DNA of 64,000 bases, taken from assembly GCA_963752345.1 (NCBI GenBank), contig CAVVYA010000002.1:845451-909450 (forward strand), in the 5' to 3' direction. Shown one piece after another: positions 48,705 through 57,035 of the stretch (positions are counted from its first letter, which is position 1; every line of letters starts with the position of its first letter). Source of the stretch: an uncultured Alphaproteobacteria bacterium. Its GTDB lineage: Bacteria; Pseudomonadota; Alphaproteobacteria; SMXQ01. The position numbers were made by a program, and so were the translations under genes. Below the pieces are notes generated by a model that was not told where the DNA came from, did not search any database, and was given only the letters and a program-made list of their open reading frames with translations.

Positions 48705-49232
48705 ATGCGCAATCTTCGTCTGGTCATGTCGTCCCTCGCCGCGCTGTTTGCCGGCGCCTGCGACAATGTGGTGATCTACTATTCCCACCAAGCCCAGCCC
48801 TACTCGATCCCCTTCGTCGGCGGCAACATCAAGGATGGCCTGCTGCCGGTGCGGATTCACGGCGACCCCTTCCCGGGGCGCGCCGATGCGGAGGAGATCG
48901 CCGGCGCGCTGGCCGTGCCCGGCTGGATGGCGCCCGCCCGGCTCACGACCAAGCCGACCGGCATCAGCCGCGATTTCGCGGTCGTGCTGGTGTTCAATCC
49001 GGCGTTCAAGGATTCCGGCATGGATATCGTCTGCGCGGCGGGCGCCTCTCCGCCGACCCAGGCGGGCGACGGCAAGACCCTGCGGGTCGCCGCCAACCTG
49101 TGCTACGAGGGCAAGAGCATCTCATGGCTCTATGCCGCCGGGCCGCAGCCGACCGGCATCGACGATCCGAAATTCGACCGGCTGATGAGCCAGGTGCTGG
49201 CGAGCCTGCTGCCCAAGGCCCGCCCAAACTGA
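48705..49232 (+). CDS. Hypothetical lipoprotein
   Basis: MRNLRLVMSSLAALFAGAC signal with a lipobox-like Cys. No recognised domain. Confidence 0.6.
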   Translation: MRNLRLVMSSLAALFAGACDNVVIYYSHQAQPYSIPFVGGNIKDGLLPVRIHGDPFPGRADAEEIAGALAVPGWMAPARLTTKPTGISRDFAVVLVFNPAFKDSGMDIVCAAGASPPTQAGDGKTLRVAANLCYEGKSISWLYAAGPQPTGIDDPKFDRLMSQVLASLLPKARPN

Positions 49233-49245
49233 CCCCCGCGAACGT

Positions 49246-50175
49246 CTAGGCTTGCGCCGGCCAGTAGACCCAGCCGAGGCCGGTCTTCGCGTGATGGGAT
49301 GGGAAATAGTCGATCTTCTTGGCCGGCCGGTCCATTGCCGCGGCGACCGAGATCCAGGCGCGCACCTCGCCGGTGCCGCCGCGCAGCGTGTCGGAGTCGA
49401 AGGCGAAGAGATGCTTCAGCTCCTCGTGCTCGTTGCGCTCGAGCTTTTCCAGAATCCAATGGTCGAGCGGTTCGTCGATCCAGCCGGCGCGCGGGCCCAT
49501 CGGGTCGTGCGATAGGCCGCCCGAGGCGTAAATGGCGACGCGCTCGGGCACGTCCTTCAAAATGTCGGCGATGGCGCGGCCGAACTGCCAGCAACGCCGC
49601 CCGTTCGGCTGTGGCGGATAATATTCGTTGATGAACAGCGGTACCACGGGGATGTCGTTGTTGGGCACCAGCTTGGGGTGCGGATAGATCAGCATGTGGG
49701 ACACGCCGCGCTCGGCATTGCCGAGCGGCTGCATCTTGCCGCAATTCGCCGGATCGAAGTCGCGCTTCATGAGTCCCTTGAGGATATGCTTGGCGAGATC
49801 CGAATGGACCGGGACATGCATGCGGGATTTTTCCGGCGGCTCCTTGAGGTAGCGCGGCACGGTGGAGCCCCAGACCTCCTTGCCGGTGAAGACGGCGAAG
49901 GCCGGATTGTTGCTGATGTTGAACATGTCACCCTGGTCATCGCCGACATAGATCAGGGCGTCCGGCTTATAGGCCGCAATCTGGTCGCGCAGGAAGGCGA
50001 AGTTCTTTTCCAGGCGCGCGATCTGCTGTTCAATGACCTGCGGCGTCTCGAGCTTCGCCGTGTGGGGCTGGGATTCCTTCGTATAATCTGGAATTCCGGC
50101 ATAGACGGTCGGCCAGTATTCGGCGGGACAGAACATGGCGGTAGCGTGGGAGGACGCGAGACCGAGTCCGAGCAT
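49246..50175 (-). CDS. Class III extradiol ring-cleavage dioxygenase (LigB family)
   Basis: 309 aa. IYVGDDQGDMF, GVSHML, IYASGGLSHDP are LigB-type catalytic-subunit patterns (from memory). Confidence 0.7.
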   Translation of the reverse strand: MLGLGLASSHATAMFCPAEYWPTVYAGIPDYTKESQPHTAKLETPQVIEQQIARLEKNFAFLRDQIAAYKPDALIYVGDDQGDMFNISNNPAFAVFTGKEVWGSTVPRYLKEPPEKSRMHVPVHSDLAKHILKGLMKRDFDPANCGKMQPLGNAERGVSHMLIYPHPKLVPNNDIPVVPLFINEYYPPQPNGRRCWQFGRAIADILKDVPERVAIYASGGLSHDPMGPRAGWIDEPLDHWILEKLERNEHEELKHLFAFDSDTLRGGTGEVRAWISVAAAMDRPAKKIDYFPSHHAKTGLGWVYWPAQA

Positions 50176-50392
50176 AAACAGCAGCTCCTATTGTTTTTGG
50201 CCCATTCTCATGGCTTGGCGGCGGATGATATCCCAGCGCAAAGGCCCGCGCCGCCAAAAAACGGAACGTCCGGCCGGCGTCGATGCCGCGCGGTGATCCG
50301 GGCCGGGCCGCGATCGGTAACCTTTCAATGAAGTCCGGCGAACCATGAGGAAATAGGCTAGACCTACAGCCACCATAAGGATCCGCGAAGCC

Positions 50393-51292
50393 ATGCCCGC
50401 AGCCGTCCGCAAATTCCTTCCCTGGCTCGGCCCCGACGACCGCGTCTCGCTCCTCAAGCTCGCTGTCTTCGTCGCGCTTTTTATTCCTGGCTTGTGGATT
50501 GCCTACAAGCTGAACCAGGGCCTGCTGGGGCCGCGGGCGCTCAATCAGGCGACCCACGAGATTGGCCTATGGGCCATCCGGCTGCTCCTCCTCTCCCTCG
50601 CGATCACGCCGCTGCGCCAGATTCTGCGCTGGCCCACGCTGACCCTGGTGCGCCGCATGATCGGCGTCGGCGCTGCCGTGTACGTGTTGGTGCACCTGAC
50701 GCTCTACGCGGCGGATGAGAATTACAACTTGCTGAAGGTCGTCAGCGAAATCTATCTGCGCATCTACCTGACGATCGGCTTTGTCGCGCTCGTTGGATTG
50801 GTCGTTCTCGCCATCACCTCGACCGACGCCATGATCGCGCGCATGGGCGGCCGCGCCTGGCGCCGCCTGCATCGGATCGTCTATGCCGTCGCCGTGCTCG
50901 GGCTCATCCATTTCTACATGCAGTCGAAGGCCGACGTGTGGGAGCCGATGTGGATGGCCGGCCTGTTCACCTGGCTGATGGCCTATCGCCTGCTGCAGTG
51001 GAGCCGCAAGCGCGGCGGCGCCCCCCCGCTGTATTGGCTCGTGGGGCTGGCGGTCTTCGCCGCCGTGTTCACCGCCGTCGGCGAGGCGGTCTACTATTGG
51101 CTGCTGATGGGAGTCGATCCCTCGATCGTGCTCGGCGTCAACCTGGCGACCATGGCGGGTGTGCGTCCCTCATGGATCGTCCTCGCCGTCGGGCTGGCGC
51201 TCGTCCCAGCCGGGGCCGCGGCGGCCGCGTGGAAGAAGCGCCCTCGCAAGCCTGCCCTGGCGCCGGTCGGCGCGGTGGCCGGCCCCTCCTAG
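50393..51292 (+). CDS. msrQ: MsrQ/YedZ-like ferric-reductase-type heme-binding membrane protein with about 90-aa C-terminal extension
   Basis: THEIGLWAIRLLLLSLAITPLR, RRMIGVGAAVYVLVHLTLY, WRRLHRIVYAVAVLGLIHFY carry the conserved His-bearing helices. Extra helices follow residue about 210. Confidence 0.7.
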   Translation: MPAAVRKFLPWLGPDDRVSLLKLAVFVALFIPGLWIAYKLNQGLLGPRALNQATHEIGLWAIRLLLLSLAITPLRQILRWPTLTLVRRMIGVGAAVYVLVHLTLYAADENYNLLKVVSEIYLRIYLTIGFVALVGLVVLAITSTDAMIARMGGRAWRRLHRIVYAVAVLGLIHFYMQSKADVWEPMWMAGLFTWLMAYRLLQWSRKRGGAPPLYWLVGLAVFAAVFTAVGEAVYYWLLMGVDPSIVLGVNLATMAGVRPSWIVLAVGLALVPAGAAAAAWKKRPRKPALAPVGAVAGPS

Positions 51293-51385
51293 AGCCGTTA
51301 ACCATGATTTAAGCCAGGCGCGCGAAGATCCGGGCAACTGCAACGTCCGCGGTGACAGCCGGCGGCCGAATGTGGGGAGGAAAGC

Positions 51386-51850
51386 GTGCCAGAACAGCCA
51401 GCCATCAACCAGGCCGCGCCGGCCGACCCGCTCGCCTGCGTCGTGTATGTGAGTTCCGCCCGCACCAAAATGACCGATGCGGAACTCAAGGACTTGCTGG
51501 CAGCCGCCCGCCGCAACAATGCCGCCCACGGGGTCACGGGAATTCTCGCCCATTGGGATGGCAATTTCATTCAATACGTCGAAGGTCCCCGCGCGGCGCT
51601 CGACCAGCTCATGGTCAACCTGAAGCGCGACCTGCGCCACAGCGGCATCATCGTCCTGCAACGAGACACCATCGCCGCCCGCGCCTTTCCCGACTGGTCC
51701 ATGGCGTTCGATCGCAAGAGCGACGGCGCACAGGCCGCCGCCGCGGCGCGTTCCGGCTTTCTCACCGATGGCTTTCTCGCGGCCGATCCGGCGCATTTTT
51801 CGCCCATGGCGCGCACCCTGCTAGACCGGTTCCGCCAGGAGCTCCGCTGA
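51386..51850 (+). CDS. BLUF-domain blue-light photoreceptor (short, stand-alone)
   Basis: VVYVSSA...MTDAELKDLLAAARRNNAAHGVTGILAHWDGNFIQYVEGP matches Y..S...L..L...N...G.TG.L......F.Q..EG. GTG start. Confidence 0.85.
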   Translation: MPEQPAINQAAPADPLACVVYVSSARTKMTDAELKDLLAAARRNNAAHGVTGILAHWDGNFIQYVEGPRAALDQLMVNLKRDLRHSGIIVLQRDTIAARAFPDWSMAFDRKSDGAQAAAAARSGFLTDGFLAADPAHFSPMARTLLDRFRQELR

Positions 51851-52034
51851 CCGAAGCTGCGCCGACCCTCCTACTCCCTCGCCCCGAAGCGCGACGAGTA
51901 TGTCCCCACGGTCACGGCCCCACCGAATTGTCGCCCATCGCCCAAAAAAGCGCCGGGTTCCGGAGCACCACGGGTCAACGAGCGTTAGCAGTTCGGGTTC
52001 GTAACTGACGGGACAATCGGTCCGGGGGCTTTTT

Positions 52035-53400
52035 ATGAGTGTGGGTACAGCAAACGCGCATCTCGAGGTGCGTGAAGTTCCATTGGGCGGCGGCGTGCGG
52101 CGCGAGGCACGGCTCCGCATCGATGGTCAGGCCGAACACGTCTGTTGGCATTACGATATCTTCGGCGGTGAAACCGAAGGCGTCACGGTTCTCGACGGCT
52201 ACGTACATTCCGGTACTGTTCTACGCCCTCAAGCTCGGCCTGCCCTTGCGGGTCCATGGCGATCTCACCGACAATGCGCTCTACAATCTCGACGAGTTCA
52301 TTCGCGCCTGGTCTCAATGGCGCCCCAAGACGTACCGCTATTTCGAAATCCGACCGGACAACGTGGTCAGCGTCAAGCGCCCGCCGATGCGGCGCGCCAT
52401 CTCGACCTTCTCCGGCGGGGTCGATGCCAACTTCACGCTGGTCCGCAACAAGACGCGTGTCGGCCAGGGCGGCCACGACATCAAGTCCGTCCTGATGGTT
52501 CATGGCTTCGACGTCGACTACGACAACGACCGTGCGTTCCGCCAGCTGGTGAGCCGCGTCCAACCGACGCTCGAAGAATTCGGCGTCGATCTCAAGATCA
52601 TCAAGACCAGCAGCAAGCTGCTGGACCAGGATTGGGAAGATTCGTTCGGCGCACAGCTCTCCGGATGCCTGCACCAATTCTCTGGGGCCTATGACACGGC
52701 GCTCATCGGCAGTTCGGAGCCCTACACCGCACTGGTTTATCCGCTCGGTTCGACGCCGATCACCGACCGCCTGTTCTCCGGCGGACTCATGGACATCGTT
52801 CACGACGGCGCCCAGTTCACGCGCACGGCGAAGGTCGAATTCCTGGTCAATTTCCCGGAGGTGGTGAATCGGCTGAAGGTTTGCTGGGAAGGCAGCGTGC
52901 AGCATGAGAATTGCGGCGTCTGCGAGAAATGCGTGCGCACGCGTCTCAACTTCGTCGCGGTCGGCAAGAACGATCCCGGATGTTTTCCGGACGCCTTCCA
53001 ACTCTCCCATATCGGCAAACTGCGGGTGCGGAACGCGTTTCAGCTCGGCGAGCTTCAGACGCTGCTGGGATACGCCAAAGAAAAAGGTATTTCAGATCCT
53101 TGGGTAGATATACTCACCCAACGCTTGAGCTTTTTACGCCATCGCCGGCGAGCGATCGCGCTGCTCGAGCGCGCGGGCCTGAAGGAGCCCATCCAACGCA
53201 CCTTGGGGCTTTATAAGGGGATGATCCAGGGCGGACCTCGGCCACTCGCGCCACGTCAGGCCCCAACCAGTGCCAACGTCATGAACCGCGGCGTGGCGCT
53301 CGGTGCCCTGCCCAACTCGGCTCTGGGCCTGACCTGGCCAGCCAGCCCGGGGGCGACCGCAGGTGATGCTTCGGCGCCGCCCAACAAGCCGGCCGACTAG
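52035..53400 (+). pseudogene. QueC-like PP-loop ATP pyrophosphatase family protein with N- and C-terminal extensions; frameshift near codon 56
   Basis: FSGGVDANF (SGGxD PP-loop) and KVCWEGSVQHENCGVCEKCVRTR (C-x9-C-x2-C-x2-C..R, as in the QueC zinc site) lie about 170 aa apart. A plausible N-terminus MSVGTANAHLEVREV... in the 52035 frame joins ...IPVLFYALKLG in the 52039 frame near 52200-52210. Confidence 0.65.
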
Positions 53401-53588
53401 CCTGACAACCACCAACCGGCCGGGGACCCTCAACGCGCCGCGGCTGTGCGATTTCATCACTACGCCGCCGAAACGGCGCAATCTCGCCACGGTCTTCCAC
53501 CACCATCGCTGCAGTTCAACGCGGTGTCCGTCGCCTCGCGTCGAACGGTGATCCGGGTATCCACCCTCGATACCTTTGGGAGGCGATC

Positions 53589-53843
53589 ATGAAACGCAGT
53601 CAGATTACCGTTGGTCTATTGCTCGCCGGCGCCGCTTTGGCTTTGTCCGGCTGCTACACCACACCGGCTGAACCTTATTACGCGTATCCGGCCCAGGGCT
53701 ACTACGCGCCGACGTATCACGGTCCCGGCTATTACGCGCCACGCCGCCCGGTTCAGAACACCTTCGTCTTTTCCTACACGGACCGCGACCGCGACCGTGG
53801 ACGCGGTCATCGGCGCTCGCATCGCCACGGCCGATGGGACTGA
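53589..53843 (+). CDS. Small lipoprotein with YYAP repeats and His/Arg-rich tail
   Basis: GGGAGG SD. MKRSQITVGLLLAGAALALSGC lipobox. YYAYPAQGYYAPTYHGPGYYAP, then DRDRDRGRGHRRSHRHGRWD. Confidence 0.7.
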   Translation: MKRSQITVGLLLAGAALALSGCYTTPAEPYYAYPAQGYYAPTYHGPGYYAPRRPVQNTFVFSYTDRDRDRGRGHRRSHRHGRWD

Positions 53844-53959
53844 CACCCGTTCGCGACACGGCCGAATGGAAGGTTAAGAGGGCCTGCGGCGGCGGTTGAC
53901 CCGCGATCACCCAGCGGCGTAGCATCCTCCCGGGATCTCGCTCGACAGGGGGCAAGAGC

Positions 53960-54784
53960 ATGATCGACCGCCGCCAGGCCATCACCCTACTTTCCAGCGC
54001 CGCGTTGGGCTCCACGCTGATCAGCCGCAGCGGAGCCGCCTTCGTCGAGCGGTCCCGCGACGACCGGCGGGACAGCGACGGACGGGGCGCGATCGACGAC
54101 CAGATTCTCTACAACCTGCCGCTGCGCCTAAGGCAGGCACAGTTTCTCATCACAACGGTTTTTCTGCTCGGCGCGAATCAGCTTTTTATGCTGCGCATGG
54201 CGGCTGGCGTCGATCAACGCAACCAGAACCGCTTGGGTCTGAGCGGGCTGCCCTTTCTGGGCAGCTTGGTTCAGCGTACCTACGGTGCCGCGGATTTCAG
54301 ACCCGACAACCGGATCGGTGCCGTCTATGCTGAAGGCACCGCATTGTTCGTTTTCCTGTTTCCCGAGCTGATGCTCGTTCCACAGGTGCGGCAGTTGGTG
54401 TTCTTCAACACGCTCTACAGCTACCTGCTGCGTGATAGCTACCAGGCGGCAAACTGGCAGGCCCTCGCGGCCCTGATGCCGACCTTCTGCGCGATCGGGG
54501 CCGTGCAACGGACGATCAATGCGCGGCTCGCCGGCGGCGGACCGTCCGGTTCGGCGACGCCCACACCCGCCGTGGCATCGAGTGCGATCAGCCCGGCGGA
54601 AATGGACACCATGGTCCTCGGTGGCTTGGTGAGCGATGAGAGGCAAGGGAGCGGCATTCCGGTTTTAAGCGACGTACCGCTTTTGAAATCTCTGTTCGGC
54701 GGCCATGTCCATAAATCGCAGGACGATCAACTGCTGATCCTGGTGCGGCCCAGCGTGGTCGTAGGCGACAGCGAACGAAGCTGA
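53960..54784 (+). CDS. Short protein with secretin-type C-terminal motif and Tat-like N-terminus
   Basis: C-terminal MVLGGLVSDERQGSGIPVLSDVPLLKSLFGG......QLLILVRPSVV resembles the conserved end of GspD/PilQ/CpaC secretins. N-terminal DRRQAITLLSSAALG. The 274 aa is far shorter than any complete secretin. Confidence 0.45.
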   Translation: MIDRRQAITLLSSAALGSTLISRSGAAFVERSRDDRRDSDGRGAIDDQILYNLPLRLRQAQFLITTVFLLGANQLFMLRMAAGVDQRNQNRLGLSGLPFLGSLVQRTYGAADFRPDNRIGAVYAEGTALFVFLFPELMLVPQVRQLVFFNTLYSYLLRDSYQAANWQALAALMPTFCAIGAVQRTINARLAGGGPSGSATPTPAVASSAISPAEMDTMVLGGLVSDERQGSGIPVLSDVPLLKSLFGGHVHKSQDDQLLILVRPSVVVGDSERS

Positions 54785-55091
54785 CGCGCGGTCACGTCCC
54801 TCCCCCAAACGAACATCCCACAGCTCAGTTTATCCGTGCAAAAACCAGCGTAATTCGGCTACAAGCATCCGCAGACGGATCGACAAGGCATACCTGCACC
54901 GTGATATCTGGCCGCTCCACTTCGCCGCACGACCTCATGGGACTTCCGATAATGAATGCCACGCAGGCTGGCGGGACCAATCCTCGACCGGTTTCTCTCC
55001 TCATTCCTACCGCCCGGACAAGGCGAATTTGCCGCTCTACCTCGGCACGGACAGAGACAACGATTCCGCCCACTCCCTGACCCCCGACGAT

Positions 55092-55496
55092 ATGGTCGTC
55101 ACGGGTGAACTCCAGGGCCGCGTGCTGATCGTCGAGGATGAGGCGTTGGTCGCTCTCGACATGGCGATGATCCTCAATTCGGCGGGCTATCAGGTCATGG
55201 GTACCAAGCCGACCGGCGATTCCGCCCTCGTCGCTCTCAATGCCGCCGCGGCGGACGGAATCGTTCCCGATCTGGTACTGATGGACATCGCCTTGCGCGG
55301 CGTGATCGACGGCATCGACACGACCAAGCAGATCAAGAGCAAATACCCCGGCGTGCCGGTGGCCTTCGTCACCGGGCAAGCCGATCCGATCACCCGCGCG
55401 CGCGCCGAGGCAACCGGGCCGGCCGGCTATCTGCTCAAGCCGTTTACGCCGGAGCAACTGGTCAGCTTCATCAGGAACGTGCTGGCAGGCAAATAG
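55092..55496 (+). CDS. Single-domain response regulator (receiver only)
   Basis: RVLIVEDEALVALD...LVLMDIALRG.IDGI...GYLLKPF. ATG 55092 preferred over upstream TTG 55029. Confidence 0.85.
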   Translation: MVVTGELQGRVLIVEDEALVALDMAMILNSAGYQVMGTKPTGDSALVALNAAAADGIVPDLVLMDIALRGVIDGIDTTKQIKSKYPGVPVAFVTGQADPITRARAEATGPAGYLLKPFTPEQLVSFIRNVLAGK

Positions 55497-55660
55497 CGGG
55501 GCGGTCGTCACAGGCCGAACAGTGCCTGGCCGGCGTGACCCCATCATGGACGGACCGTCTGTCTGTCCTTGGCGCTACTTGGTGCCGGGGTTGTGGGTAT
55601 GGTGGCTGTCGCGCCCGCCGCCGCCACCCGACTGCGCGACGAATTGCGCAGACCGGCCGA

Positions 55661-55698
55661 AGACGAAAACGGCGGACCGCCATGAGCGATCCGCCGTT
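55661..55698 (-). terminator. Rho-independent terminator downstream of the repeat lipoprotein gene
   Basis: aacggcgga (55668-55676) / tccgccgtt (55690-55698). On the minus strand it is followed by TTTTCGTCTTC. Confidence 0.55.
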
Positions 55699-55730
55699 CA
55701 TTCACCGCGCATTCCCGCGCGTCGATTGTA

Positions 55731-56240
55731 TTACGGCGCGACAGCGATCGTCGGGCCGCATTGGAAGGTCACTGTCCGTGAACCATCCACATTGGTGACG
55801 ATGCTCGAGGTAGCGACCATGCGCTGGCCGTACTGCATGCAATATGCATCGGCCCGGCGCGAGGAATCGAGCAATTCGCGCTCCGTGCGGTAGCTGTAGG
55901 TGAGCGCCGGATTGGTCGGCGGCAGCGGCGCGGCTGGCGCCATGGCCGTGACCGGCGCGCCGGCTCTCATGCATTCGAAGATGACGGTGTTCGTCCCGTC
56001 TGGGTTATTGGTCAGATTCGCGGTGCGCGGCGTGGTGCCGTACTGATTGCAGAAGGCCGCCGCCTGCTGATTGGCGCGCAGCAATTCCTGATCGCCGCGA
56101 TATTTGTAAGTCACGCTCGGATTCTGCGCCGAGACTGTCTCCGGCGCCCGATCGGCGGCGCAAGAAGCCAGAGTCGCAGCGGCGACCGCGGCCACGGCGC
56201 AGGTCGCAAGCATGCGAAAACGGGAAAGAATGGTGGCCAT
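55731..56240 (-). CDS. Lipoprotein with two internal repeats of about 55 aa, each with a Cys pair
   Basis: MATILSRFRMLATCAVAAVAAATLASC lipobox. Repeats NPSVTYKYRGDQELLRANQQAAAFCNQYG...TVIFEC and NPALTYSYRTERELLDSSRRADAYCMQYG...TVTFQC. Confidence 0.75.
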   Translation of the reverse strand: MATILSRFRMLATCAVAAVAAATLASCAADRAPETVSAQNPSVTYKYRGDQELLRANQQAAAFCNQYGTTPRTANLTNNPDGTNTVIFECMRAGAPVTAMAPAAPLPPTNPALTYSYRTERELLDSSRRADAYCMQYGQRMVATSSIVTNVDGSRTVTFQCGPTIAVAP

Positions 56241-56384
56241 TTGGCGTCTCCTGTTGTTTGCGCCAGCGGTGCCAGCCTCGGCAGCCGAACGCACGCTAAC
56301 AACGATCCTCGCTCTTGCCGGTTCCATTCCCGGTCGGATCAATCGCATGTCAAGAACACGAGGTTGTGACGCCCCGCATCGCGG

Positions 56385-57035
56385 TCAGAACGGCACGCCC
56401 GTGTGGGTGAACAGGCTGAGGCGCATCATATCGAGCGTTCCCAGGGTCCGTGTGCTGGGACCCGGGGACGGCGGCTCCGCATACATGAGCTCGACGTAGT
56501 CGGGATTGGCGCCCATCGATGCGACATAACGAATGAGCCTTAGCTTCAGCTGGTCATAGGCCTGATCCGCCTCCGCGATGGATTTGAACGGCGTGGCAAC
56601 CCTGATTTCCGGACGATGGATGATAAATCGCGCTCCCTCGCGCCAGTAGCGCTGCACGCCCCCGAGATAGATCAGGCCGCAGGCGCTGGCGCAAATACTG
56701 TCCGGGAGCATGGCCGTGACGTACTCGCGCGAGCGGATCGCCTCGCCGATGGCGAGCGCATCATTGACCGAACCACCCGGCATGTTGCGCACGACGATGT
56801 TGCGGGTGCCGCAGCGCTCGGCCGCCGCGACCATGCGTTTGATGAAATCGGGCGCCTCATTGCGCGCGATATCGCCATTGAGAATGATCGCCTGGCACGG
56901 GCCATTCAGCCGCATTTCCCGGATGTCGATCGCGTGAGCGCGCTCCGCCGATAAAACGTGGATGAGCATGGCGCCGATCGACCACACGAGGCGTAGGAAC
57001 CGCATCCTCCGGAGGACGCGACGATTTCCGATCAT
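56385..57035 (-). CDS. Periplasmic ClpP/crotonase-fold-like protein (COG3904-type)
   Basis: Hydrophobic leader. NMPGGSVNDALAIGEAIRSREYVT...ICASACGLIYLGG is reminiscent of the ClpP/SppA-like fold. ATGA overlap with the upstream gene stop. Confidence 0.55.
   Translation of the reverse strand: MIGNRRVLRRMRFLRLVWSIGAMLIHVLSAERAHAIDIREMRLNGPCQAIILNGDIARNEAPDFIKRMVAAAERCGTRNIVVRNMPGGSVNDALAIGEAIRSREYVTAMLPDSICASACGLIYLGGVQRYWREGARFIIHRPEIRVATPFKSIAEADQAYDQLKLRLIRYVASMGANPDYVELMYAEPPSPGPSTRTLGTLDMMRLSLFTHTGVPF

Noticed and set aside
54128-54646. 172-aa minus-strand ORF inside the secretin-motif gene
   Set aside because: Arg/His/Gly-rich antisense ORF. The plus-strand frame carries the only recognisable motif.
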